NCBI GenBank assembly: GCA_000934665.2
Contig: JYFJ02000399.1
Location: 1-64,000, forward strand
Direction: 5' to 3'
Length of the DNA: 64,000 nt
Origin: Catajapyx aquilonaris
Lineage: Eukaryota
In this document: positions 1 to 12,426 of the stretch, piece after piece
Numbering within the stretch: position 1 is the first letter of the stretch
Layout: every line of letters begins with the position of its first letter
Position numbers and translations under genes: made by a program
Notes under the pieces: generated by a model
Told to the model about the DNA's origin: nothing
Databases searched by the model: none
What the model saw: the letters and a program-made list of their open reading frames with translations, nothing else

Positions 1-404
1 CCCCTCCTCCTCCTACCCCATGGCGTGGCATAAAGAGTGGCAAGAGTGGTGCCTAGGAGCAGATGAGGATGAGTGGCGCCCAAATCCGGTGGTTTGGCGC
101 GCAGGTAGCAGAAGCACCACCACCAGACCAACAGGAGGAAGAGGAGGAGGAGCATTTGGACCCCCACTTTCAAAGGGCCACACTACTTGGCCGCACTTCC
201 AGGTGGTGGCCCCCAGTGGCGGGACTTTTCGAACCGCAGAGACCACGCTGCTGCTGCTGCGGTCTGGAAGGGGACACACACCGAGGGATGCCGCATGGAC
301 CGCGGGGCTGAACAGGTCAGAGGTCATGTTCTTGCTCGGGGTTGGTTCAGATAAAAGGCGAAAAGGCCATGTCCATTCCGGTATTGTGCGGAAATTCGCA
401 ATTT

Positions 405-970
405 TACAATACAATTTACACGAAAACTCGTGAAGATTAAATTTTTGTGGTATTTATTACGGGAATGGTAATGATTGTTTTTGTTTTATTATATTCATTC
501 ACTATGTAATTAATGAATTTAATGCACCAAAAGTTAGTAGGGTTCGACATTGCCGGAACCAATGTTCATCATCATCATTCATTCTACTGCACTAAATATT
601 GCTTTTAGCGAGCAATGTACAACTCTAGAAGTCGGGTGCTATTTTGCGTTGATATGAAATATTTCATAAATATTATGCGCGACTTTCATAAATGGCACAT
701 AATTTACACAAAAAAACTCATGAAGAGTAGATCAGTTTTCTATTATTTATTATGGCAGTGGATTGTTTTACTTGATTATATTAATTTACTTTAGAGTTAA
801 TGAATTTAACGCAACCAAAGTTATGGTGCATTGCATTTATTTGAAGGGTAACCGGGACCAGTGTTGCTAAACCATTCAGTCCACTGAACCAGATATTGAG
901 CAATGTACAACTCTAGAAGTCGGGTGCTATTTTGCGTTGATATCAATCATTTCATAAAAATTATGCACGG
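405..970. repeat. Imperfect tandem duplication, ~290-bp unit x2
   Basis: GAGCAATGTACAACTCTAGAAGTCGGGTGCTATTTTGCGTTGATAT is identical at ~610 and ~898, and the flanking blocks align. Confidence 0.8.
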
Positions 971-3220
971 GTTTTATAAACGCGCAATGTCCAAATTAAT
1001 GGAGAAGCTAGTGGAAAAGATAACGCAAATGGAGCCGAAATATATTAAAAGTCATGTTACAGGGTCCACACTCGTAAGCCGAATTTCAACTATCGGATAC
1101 AAACTATTTGAAGTCATTCTACTGTTTGATTTCTTTCATAAACGACACCAACATATTTCCGCGGCAACTGGAGCGATTTCGAATCGCTGGCGTACAAAAA
1201 AATCGTCCAAATGCAATTAGGCAAAGTTGCTATTATTTCCAGAGAAGTGTGACATGATGGATGGAAACATAGCAATGTAATTTATTAGCAACGAAAAACT
1301 TTTGACGCTAATACTTCCCTCTTGTTTCAGCAACTATACAGTAGATAAAGGAGTGAATCAGTGCTTATCTGGAATTTTGGCTCTTCACCGGTGTATTAGG
1401 GCAGTGCCAGCTGGTGCTCTCAAGTTGATATAAGTTCACGTCTAGCAGAAACATGTCTATCACGTAAATTACACGGAGGACAAGTAACAAAATCTTGATT
1501 ATTCCCGGTGACGAATTTTTGTTATAAACTGTGGTTAAATTCATTTATTGCACATTGCGATTATAAACCTCCGTCACATTTTGGCACATGTCCGCGAAGA
1601 GTTTGTTACAGGTTGAAAATCATGAATAAGTAATTACGCGGTAACGGTTTGGGTTAACCCATTGTTACAGCAAGCCTTTTTTAGTGTAGTCTTTCAAAAC
1701 AAAGACTATAATTATTGTGTTATTTTTATGCAAAATAATTCGAATGACTAATAGCACAAGAGACATACTCCAAGGCAATAAAAATGCTTTCAGTGGTAAT
1801 GAGGTGTGGAATGAAAGTAAACTATATGGAACATACACTCTCTGGCATAATATTTTTCAGCTCTCAAATGTTACCGCTGAATTTTGCAGGCCCATATCGA
1901 GTCGTTATTATGAGTAAAATAATGTAATTACTTTTGCCTTCTCAAAAATAATGTTACGGCTGTTTTACATTGAAAGGTACTGTACACATTTTGTAAGCAA
2001 TGCCCAAAATGCGACTTGCATTTTCACAAAAATTCACTGAATAATAAATTTAAACTTATTATTCAGAGTGGCAAGTATGCGATTTAAATCATGTAGTGTC
2101 CCATACTTTCAGCCAGCAGTTAAAAAGCCACACACACACATCCCCAGGATTGAGTGTCTCGCTCTGAAGACAGGCGCGCCTTTTAATGAGCTTTTCAAGC
2201 GAGCTATACACACGGTCTACTCTCTATCCGGCTCTCTCTCTCTATATATATATACTAGTTTCCAAGCACAGTGAGTGCCATGGCAACTGTCATGACACGG
2301 GATCAAAAAACGTGCCCCCAACCACCACCCTCTCAGCCACTCCTGCTTTAAAAGGGCCTGGGCGATAGCCTAATTTAGTTAAAGTCGGGCACAACTGAGG
2401 TGTCCCACGATACGGCTTCCGTGATCAATGGCACTTAAATTTTCCGGGACTGGAAAATTAATAATGCTGCAGAGATTGAAGAATGGATGGAAGAACCTCA
2501 GCGACTTGTAATTTTAAACTGAAATATGGCCGCCGTTGGGAAAGGTCACTTGCGCCTGAAATGTTAATATCGGTTTCCCCCCCCACCCCCCCCCCTTCTA
2601 TAGTCCGCCCCATAGCCCATAGCGATAGACGTATTAACAGAGAAATTGAAAAGTTGATTTCCTTTTTCTAACGTCCCATGGAAGGATCAACCTGAGGGAT
2701 CCAATTATAGGAGCGCCTAATAATTTTCCCAACTGGCTTTCCAAATTGAATTTACAGGGATTAAGCCAAGTGACGTGATTCTAAGATTAACATGCACGAT
2801 ATTCAGCTCATTTAAAAATAAAAAGTCTGATACGTGTCTGTCTGCAGCGCAATTGATTTATCGTTACCCCTGATTAATTGCCTGCAATAAATGCCTGATG
2901 ATAATGCAATAAGCCGGCTTACAACGTACTGAGGGTGTTGAGAGGTGACTTCTTGTCACTTCTTCACGTCTTGATAAAAATAGCTACATATCGAGGGAAA
3001 AAACTACTATAAATTATTTTTTTAACGAACGCAGTCGAGTGCGCACCACAATTCGCGCATGGTTGGCATCATCAACGTTCTCTGTATAGTGGGTGACTTG
3101 GTGAATTGTTGGTTTAAAATGAATTAACAAGGTGTAATTGACATTTTTGAAGTTTTCGATTGATAAAATTAGCGACATATCGAAATTATACAGCAGTCTA
3201 CTACTATATATGAATTTTTA

Positions 3221-3585
3221 CAAGCGCAACCGTGTGCGTACCACAGTTCGTGCAGCTTGCACGGTTGGAATTATCAATAATATCTGTACATTTACTGTAT
3301 GTTGGAGTTCCTCCCTCTATCATAGAACATACGTTCTCCTAGGGGGAGCAATAAATTTGATTAATTGACTGATTGAATTATCAATGATATCTGGTAAGCT
3401 CGCTGCATTTATTTCCAACACTACGCTTGGGTGGGTGGGACAAAATGGCCGACATTTGCGACGTTGTTATGGCTTTGGAACAAACCGGAAAGACTACGGG
3501 TGTGTTGGCTCCTAGGGAGTAACTCTGGAAAAGTTGTTAGAACAATGAAGCTGCGCAAGTGTGCGCGCACATTCGGTTGCGCTTG
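3221..3585. mobile_element. MITE with ~35-bp imperfect TIRs (CAAGCGCAACCG...CGGTTGCGCTTG) and TTTA flanks
   Basis: The termini are reverse complements and TTTA flanks both sides. Related copies at 8305-8518 and a partial one at ~3025-3080. Confidence 0.7.
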
Positions 3586-3718
3586 TTTAAAAAATCATAT
3601 ATTTATTTTTGCTTATAAGTTTCTCAAATTTTAACTGGTTTTTAATCCTCCATTACAATTACCTTAACGTTCATGGTTTCAGCCTACAAGACCCTGAGAG
3701 CACCCCATCACTGGTACC

Positions 3719-6700
3719 ATGTTCCACAACAGAAGCTCCGGAAGCCGAGGTGCCCTGGTGGAGCACTTCATCCGAGAGGCCGAGCAAGGAGGCCAGCTGA
3801 CCATGGGAATCATCGGCTGCTTGCCGGACAATGTCCAACAGGTGATGATCACACGTATCCGTGTGGCACCTACCGCAGATAGACTTCCGCACTAACTGAT
3901 AACAACCAGCTACCCCTTGTTCATATTTTCAGTACAACATGCCCATCTCCTAGATAAGATAAAGCGTCAAACTCTGCTCGGTCGTGGCCAGTGCAATTTC
4001 AAAATTTAAGACCAGGCCCCATTTTTCTTCTAGTGTAAACCAACCCGTTGGGTGTTTGGCATGGAAGGAACGGAAGCTTTTGTCAAAACTTCCCGAGATT
4101 GGCAGCCACCGGCCATGGCCTGGCTTGTTTCTTAGGCGATGGATTTATTTTTGGGTTTCCACTATATGCATGTTAAGAATGGAGGAAAGCTTCACACCTG
4201 AGCTGTTTCGGCCCATTAGAGAATGCTGCTCTAAATTGAAGGGAAAATTGAACCTAGTAGATTTCGTAACAAACACTGGTTTTACGACCGCCGAATCTGG
4301 AGCAGGATTAAGCGCGATTAGTGATGTCTGACGCAGTGACATCACCTCTCCGCAGGATTATTCTCATTGACACAACCTTACGTTTAGGGACATATGTCGT
4401 GATTTGCGAACACAACTGAAGCCCCTTCGAAAAGTACAACCAGCACATATCAATTAATGTAATAATGTGGACAATAATGGCAACATACTAGCACACCCTG
4501 TACAGAGGATAAGCGTTGATAACCCAGGTTATGTTGGCATGTAACTGATATAATACGGGCTAAGAACACAGATTACTTGGTTGTTTGACAGTGCTATTTG
4601 CACTCCCTGTTTTGAACCTGCCGGAGTCACGTTCAACGTCCAACAAAATCCCGCGCGTCACGTGCACAAATTCCGCGCGCGACTATCTAAACAAAAGCTT
4701 TATTTATAACGACCTCTAAGAAGATCTGTGCAATGTTTACTTATGGCAATTAACAGAAAAACTTTGTTGCTGAAACTTTGCAAATCCCTCGCCTCATCCC
4801 TTCTGTTAATTAACGCTTCTTAAGATGGCAGCTATAGGTACAAAATCCTGGTACTCACATTTTCATGCGTCTGACACGCACATCCTCAGGCCACACTGCC
4901 ACATTCTCTACTGACAAACCGAGAGGGCACCTCTACGGTCCAATCCGAAAGGTGATAACAAATCAACTCCCTCTCCTTATTGGCCGCACTTGAGACTCCC
5001 TGCACAGATATACACACACATACACCCACACTATTTACCCTGCACTTAAGGAGGGGGCTATCAAGTGGTTTACGTGCCGGTTCATGTATCGCAATGTATA
5101 GTCATGAGAACAAGTGTTATATCAGACTCTGTATCAGACTATACTCTTACTGTACGTGGTAGAAAATTCAGACGTTACGAAGGATAGGTCTAACATTAGC
5201 TGTTATTTTATCACTAACTATTGGCTACAAACAATATTGATATTAACTTTGACTTTCATTTTATTACTAGCTATTAACCTTGCTATTAACAGTTATGATG
5301 TATCAGCTACTGCTGATTTCAGAAAAGCTACTAATATTGGCAGCACATTTGAATGCCATTATTATTTTGTATTGTCTGCTACTGTCAGATGATGACTTTC
5401 AAACGTATTGTTGCAGGCGATCAAGAGCTTCTCGATCCGTAACGGGAAGCAGCACGTGACATTTGCGTTTCCGTTCATGGAGGAGGTGATCCGGAACCTG
5501 GACGAGTCCCTGCAGTCCCCTGGAGTGGCTGCTCCTACAGACAGGTTCCAGTACGTGACCCCTGCCCTGTTCTTCGACAGCTGTCCAGAGGTCATACACG
5601 GATTTGAGACCCTGGTCATTCTGGTGCCGCAGGCCAACAGGTTGGTTTCGTCGGTTTGAAGATTTAATAGAAATATTGATGTACCGTACTACTGTATATG
5701 ACCAAAAAATGTTTCGTACAAATATGATGCTGTACAAGATGTTATATAAGAAGTCATTTTCTTAATTCTCCCAATATCTGTCCAATGATTTGATTTGATC
5801 TGTCCTCCTCCTCCATTGATCGAGTTTTCTCCATTGATCTGGGATTCGTTCCTTCCTCTGCAGAAGCACGCACACCGTGGGCATCCTCACCGTGAACCAG
5901 AAGGACTCGACGGAGGGAATCAAGCAGCACTTCCGAACTTTGATGAGGATCTTGTTCGAGAAGAAGCTTCCTCAAACCTTGTGGCAAATTCCCGTGAGCA
6001 GTAATCCCCCGGATCTTTCACCTCCCCCCCCCCCTTCCCTCCACCGGATTTGGCTCATCCCAAAATCCGCAAGCCGTGATGAACAAGCTCCCATACCCAT
6101 ATCCTCTAGTCTAAAACTTCTTCTAGTTTTCTTCTCTTTCTCTTCTCTGCTGCTTATAACTGAAGTTGATGGTAGTGGACGCTTCTACAGAACTGATAGG
6201 ACAACTATCGGCCGCTTGTGCTGAAACAGTTCTGGAACTTCATGGAGAAGCACTGGGAAAAGGTCAACCTTCAAGACCACCCGATCAGCTTCTGCTTCTC
6301 ATTCAGGTACACATAGACACTTGGAGGAGTTTCACTATTAATGCAACTCACATTTTGGATGTTTCCCTCAGGAGAAGCTGATACGACCTTGCATAGTGAC
6401 CTACAAGGAGCTTCTCCAGTTGAATATTCAGGAGATACTGCCCAGACTTAACACGACTGATCCTGGTTACTTCTCGTCTCTGATTGAGCTCCTTCAGTCA
6501 GTCAACTGCAGCTTGGTCGACTTTAGGAAAGTCGACATGTTCTTCACTGTAAGTTCACAAAGGAGCGGAGTCATTACCAAGTATGATGCGGAAATTGCGC
6601 AATCTACTTCAAAATTGTGTAACAGGTGCACGACTCGTAAGTCAGAAGAGGAAAAAAAAGTGCTTTTCATATATAGCAAATACATTACCATTTACAAGTA

Positions 6701-7452
6701 CTCATAATGTTGCGCAATAATGCAACAGCTGCGAGAGATGAATATTTTTTGTCAGATCTAAACTGCACAGTCATGTGAATTGCAAATGCAGGTACATGTT
6801 TGCAATGAAACAGATTGGCCTTATGGAGTTATCGCACTTTGAAACAGCTGGCTTGTACAGTTAAAAGCTAGCAACCATAATAGTTATGTGCATTAGATTA
6901 TAAATGTCTCTGTTTGTGGCCATTTTAATTGCAAAAATATATTTTGAAAACATGCCAATTTCAGGCCCATATTTTTGCAAACCACAAAATATTGATGCTA
7001 CATAATTTCACAATTTCCATTTAAAATCACATGGCATAATTTATATTCTGCACATTAACCATACACTACAAAATTAATGTTATTTTTCACATTATAAGTA
7101 GCTATCAGAGCCTTCGTGCAAAAAAAAACTGTTCCAATATTGTTTTAAATACCGTAATATTCCAGCGAGAATATCTTCTACACACACGATGCAAAAGGAA
7201 ATCCTTATTATAATTCTTCCATTGCGTACACGAAGACCTCCCAGAATCTTTCTTTCTCGCACTTATGCTAAACACTTTCGCAGTCATTAACGCCTGCACA
7301 CTGTTAGAAAGCTCGTAAAACTGACCTTACCCTCTTGTACTTGCAGAGCCCGCAAGCTGAGCCCAGCCTGACTGAATTTTGGAAAGTTTGGAGCCACGAC
7401 CAGGTGGCAGCCAAAGTATTTCCAATCACATCCGCTACAAGAAAACTCGGTA

Positions 7453-7527
<75 letters not shown>

Positions 7528-8962
7528 CATGTGGCTAATTGATATCTCCAAAATGGGTACAAATGGTTCGTTGCTATCCCGATAGATCTTGATGTGTAGC
7601 TGCACTGCACATGCGCTAGTTGACATTTTGCCCCGCCCTATTGTTGGAGGTGTCAACTCCAGCCGTCCATCACTTAGACAGAATATATTGAATAAAGTTT
7701 CGAATATTTTTCTTACAGGTTCGCTGTACTACAGTAGTTCCCATGGAGAGTTATGCATGAGCCACTCACTCACGCCCTTGCTGGGAGCCATCACACATGT
7801 TCCAGTCAAGGAAGGCCTGCAAAGCATAATCAAGTGTCTCAAAAACCAGGATTGTGCGCAACAAGGTAGCCACCTCTCTGGTTTGTGTGTGTTTGTTTGT
7901 TTGTTCTCATTTAACGATGCTTTTGCCTCAGTGTTGTCGAAAGAGAAGTGCGAACGAGCCAAGTCGTGCAATTGCTCCGTTTGTTGGGGACACACGTGCA
8001 GCAGACCAGCCAGAGTTGGAAGAAGATTGGACACAACGGGTCTCGGTATGTCTCAAAAGCTGTGTTATTATCGACTCTTTCCGTCGAGTGATTTATTCCT
8101 ATCGAGACTGGCGGTGCCAAAGCACACGCGGCGTAATAGCCGTTTTAGAAAGTAACAGTTCATCACATAAAAAGAGCTCTGCTATAAACAAACACTCGAA
8201 TAATTTACCAGATCCTTGAACTACTTCAAACAACCGTCCTGGTAGAGCGCCAAAAGTGTGTGTACTGTACGTATGCCATTATGTAAGACTATAGTTGAAT
8301 ATTTTTACGAGTGCGCAACATAGCTTGCGCAGCGTGCACTGTTGGCATTAACAATGATTAGTGTGTGTACTGCGCTGCATTTCCAATGCTACACTTCAGG
8401 GAAAACAAAATGCGACGTTGCCAAAGCTCTAGAACGGACCTCAGAAATTATTATCTGGCAACGTTGTTGTCAGAACAATGAAACTGCGCAAGTGTGGGTG
8501 CGCACTCGGCTGCTCTTGTGAGGTTGCTCAACATTTTGTCCAATTTCAGTGACGTCATGTTCCGCGAACGACTCGGCGTTTCACCGGCCTTCACCTTGCT
8601 CACCGTACGACAGGTGCCAGCACCTGTACTCCGCCATGCCTCGAGGTCCCAGCGGGACATTCTCCCTGAAGGCCGCCTTGCCATACCGGCTCAAAGAAGC
8701 TCTTCCTCCTCTGACATCAGGCACCAGCACCAGCACCAGCAGTCCTGGAGCCACCAGCGCTCTTCGCACCATATGTGCGGCAGGAAGAAACGCGTTTCCA
8801 TTCCCGCCTAGTTACCCTTTCCTGGACAGCTCTTTGTTCTTCAGTGTCCAGAACTACTACGGAGTCGCGGCTGCGGCTGCTGTCACTCCGTCGTACCCTC
8901 TGTGGTGCAGACAGAAACTGAGTGTGGCTCTGGAGCACAGGTCGCTCTCTTCGGACAGTTAG
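3719..8962 (+). CDS. 9-exon gene, ~528 aa; uncharacterised protein with a MULE/Mutator-like DDE transposase fold, a Cys/His cluster and a low-complexity C-terminus
   Basis: Exons 3719-3841, 5417-5640, 5864-5993, 6166-6306, 6372-6548, 7347-7449, 7719-7880, 7932-8045, 8550-8962. All 8 introns are GT-AG and all phases match, giving 1587 nt without internal stops. Motifs ALFFD / TLVILVP / TVGILTV / LMVVD / RPCIVT / EFWKVW / SSSHGE follow the MULE D-D-C(xxH)-W-E order. The gene model is solid; the family call and the true start codon are inferred. Confidence 0.8.
7454..7527. repeat. (ATT)n microsatellite directly after a splice donor
   Basis: About 24 perfect units; source of the spurious poly-L/poly-I ORFs. 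Confidence 0.95.
8305..8518. mobile_element. Degenerate second copy of the 3221-3585 MITE
   Basis: Shared blocks CGCTGCATTT, TGCGACGTTG, AGAACAATGAA.CTGCGCAAGTGTG.G.GC.CA.TCGG.TGC.CTTGT. Confidence 0.65.
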
Positions 8963-10320
8963 GGAAGGGTTCAGTCCTGGACACTCGATGTGGACACTTG
9001 GGGACACTGGTGACGTGTCGCACTGAGGAGACCCGGATATGGCATCTAAAAAAACACACATTAATAATAATATTGCTTTTCATGCGTCAAGTACACATGA
9101 ACAATATTACCGGCCCGGATCACTAATAATAATTACCAGTTAATTACGAGCTAATACTATTTCACTTTACTAGTGAATGGTGTGGAAAGTTTATCTCAGG
9201 CCAACCGCAGTCAATGGTTGGTTTTTTTGGACTATCAGAGTTTGTTCTTCCATCTAGTCAAAAACCTGTGAGTGGAAGAGGGGGTTTAATATGAAGACTT
9301 ATCTTGGGCATGCTCATGGTATATTATACCGAAAATCATTGTGCGCTGAACTCATAACTTGGTCTTCTTAAAATAATTATAGGTGGTCGTGAACAAAAAT
9401 TTCCTCGACTCGCTTAACTGCCTTGTTTGTATTAACACTACTGATGTACGATTACCTGTAAAGTGGAATTGATATATATGAAAAACAAGACTTACGTAAT
9501 TATTGTACTTCTCAGTAGAATAAATGTACATCCATTTTGTCTTTGTTCATTCTTATGTACAATGGGCTACATTAAGTGCTATATACTGTTAAAGTTGTGA
9601 GCTCAATGAATATGGAAAGTACAACTTAATATTTTCAACTTTGCCATCAAGGTAACGGTTGAAATAATTCAAATATTTATTCAGTCTTTATTTATTTTGG
9701 TGCAATATCAAATAAGAAATTAATATATTTTCTTGTTGTTTATCCTTATAGAAGTGTCTGAAACATTGTTCGACCACCTTTTTCTCAAAACCATTCAATT
9801 TTTAGTCAAATCAGCATGATCTCTCCATTGTAATAAAAATTATTACCATATTTTCTGAACCGGAATTCGGAAATGGAACATTATTTCTCTGTTACATCCA
9901 TTGTATTCGAAGTGATAAACAGCGTATGTTGTGGCACAAATACTCTAACTGTTACCGATCCTTCCGAAATGCTGTGCGAGTACTACACCTTTCAACAAAA
10001 GAGACAGCAAGGGGGTCACTCACCCAATCTGTAGATAACAATGCTGTTGGACATTCTGACAGACAGAAAACAAATCCATCAATATTTTTGCTTATATCAC
10101 ACAAACACAAACTGTTAGACGGACAATGACTCTTATTATTTTTTTCTGTTATCCCTTTACCTATATAACATCAACCTGTCACCAAACAACAGTTGGAACA
10201 AAATAATCATATACCAAATGGCATGGCATAAACAGACCACACTGACATAACAATATATCTCGCTAACTGGTAATAAACCTAGTTTATTAACCTAGGTTAT
10301 GTACGATCCTGGCAGCTAGG

Positions 10321-11223
10321 CTATATATAGACAGTCATTCACGGCAATCGGGATGATTCGAAGAGACGCCTCGAGGAAAGCAGATATCAATCGTCGAATT
10401 TAGAGGACACTGTCTTGCCAAGTCTATCCATTACGACGAGTAGACTACCAAACATGTAAGTGTTCAACAGATTAGATAAGTGCCGGAAAGTTAGCTGACC
10501 AAATCTTCAGTAAACGCGAGGGTATGTGAAAATTGTGATTGTTTAAAATCTCAGTTGCTTTAACACTTTAAAAAAGTCATCAAAATGTAACAGTACGAGC
10601 TTTTAATTGACGTGATATATGCCTCTTATTACGTGGGTATTACCCCCTTTGCGAAGTCTGCTCTCATCTTGCATCATATTCAAATATATTTCTTGGAGTA
10701 ATTTCTGTGGACTTGTGGAATCATTACCCCATTCAGGGAAAGCACCCTGTTGATAATTGAGGAATAAACAACTGTAATAATATCGTGCGTGCATGTCCAT
10801 TATTTCCACACCTTTCTTATAAATAGACACAGCATTGGTTTTTGTGATATTTTTACTATGCAAAAATTCCCCGAGTAGATTAACCTTGTGTAAGGAATGT
10901 CCACTAATTGTTATGCAGGATAGCGCACAACATAAGATTTTACCTATACACCTAGTGAAAACGTGATTGTTTGCTTAGCTATATCAGTTTAGAGTGGAAC
11001 AATCATACAGTAATTGAATTTTCAAAGGGTTTCGGGTATGAACAATGAAACTCTTATTTTCTAATAGTGACGTCCACATTATTTTTCCTTGTACTTCCAG
11101 GTAACACGTATGTGCCTCTGAAGTTCACGGAAGCTGCATTATTAGTGTAGGATTACATTAGAGCACGTTATACACATACTGAGCAGACGAGTATTTCACA
11201 GAGGCTAGGATAATTAGAGAGAC
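10321..11223 (+). promoter_or_regulatory. TATA-like box, 5'UTR exon and 5'UTR intron of the Cys-rich peptide gene
   Basis: CTATATATAG at 10321, donor AT|GTAAGT at 10456, polypyrimidine acceptor GTACTTCCAG ending at 11100. A kB-like GGGAATTTTT (minus strand) lies at 10862-10871. Confidence 0.5.
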
Positions 11224-11565
11224 ATGAATTCAACCCTGACTGTGATGATCTTGCTGGCAGGGCTTACTGTCCTGGTAAGTATGCCTACTCAAAATGCATG
11301 GCACATTATTAATATGAACACTGGTAACTTCTCACTTCAGGACATGACAGGAGCTCAGATACGGTGCGGATATCATGTCTGCGTGGGTATTGTAAGTATT
11401 ATGTAACAATAGTCAAATAGTGAATTAACTCCCAAAATTTTGTCTCCTTAGTCTCGATGCTGCTTGCAGTTCGGACAGATGCGATGTTGCGATGGCCTCC
11501 GTCGAGAGACTTTCAGCGGATCATCGTCTGATGTCATGAACGACCAACAAGGAGTCGTTAAGTGA
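11224..11565 (+). CDS. Small secreted cysteine-rich peptide precursor, 71 aa (C-x4-C-x5-CC-x7-CC)
   Basis: Exons 11224-11274, 11341-11391, 11452-11565, with strong GTAAGT donors, YAG acceptors and phase 0/0. Protein: MNSTLTVMILLAGLTVLDMTGA-QIRCGYHVCVGISRCCLQFGQMRCCDGL-RR-ETFSGSSSDVMNDQQGVVK. Hydrophobic signal peptide; AATAAA at 11685. Confidence 0.85.
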
Positions 11566-12426
11566 CATGCATCATTTGCCAAAATTAAGACTGTCTATTA
11601 AGGCGAAACTTATATGGCGCTTTTAGGACAAACGGCACTGTTGTGGAGGGAAGGTATGGGTGAATCGAATGTAATGTTCATGTTAATAAAATGTGTGTGG
11701 GTCTATTGAAAAATGCAATGGGTAAAAAACGAGCATTTGTTGAAAACATTGTTGGTGACAATGAACAACAAACTTTACCGGCTCCTTTAAAAAATTCTGC
11801 AGGTAGTGTAAGTGGTAAGTGACTCTTAAATAAGTTAGCACTGGGAGGAAAACAACAGCATCAAGGTTTGGATCTAACTTCCTCAAAAGAATCATGCAAA
11901 CCTATTATAAAATTACATTTTATTAAAAAAGAGTACAAACAGCTGCGATGTGAGTATAAAGGTCTACGTAAATGTTTCATAACACTCACGCGAAAAGTGG
12001 CATGCTATCATGGCAATTTCTGTCAAAAATACTGTAACGCTATAGTACAAATATCAACTGCGTAGACAAGAAGTACAGCACAGTAAAATTCATAGAGGGT
12101 TGAAACATTAGCTCATATTGGAGGAAATTTTTTTTTTTTGAAAAATACGACTATAATCTGTTCTACGTCAAGAATATGGCCACCCTATTCACTCTAAACA
12201 TTCACTTTAAATGATTTCTCTTGGAATCTGGACTGGTCATTGCACAACCCTTGATAATTAATTATTAAGTCAATAGTTACTCACTAACATTGCCATCGCA
12301 ATTCGCAAAACTGCTCTTCATGAATATATTACAATATTTCGATGTACAAACATGCTTTTCACACTGAGATCAATATCAGTCGTTGTCTTCCAGTCTTTGT
12401 AAAATAGAAATTACTGGTTGGAGGAA

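Noticed and set aside
13..414. Minus-strand ORFs, including a signal-like MLLLLFLLLVWWW reading off the window edge
   Set aside because: Hydrophobic run arises from a (GGA)n tract; cannot be evaluated at the boundary.
7335..7656. Poly-Leu/poly-Ile ORFs
   Set aside because: Translation of the (ATT)n microsatellite; only 7347-7449 is exon.
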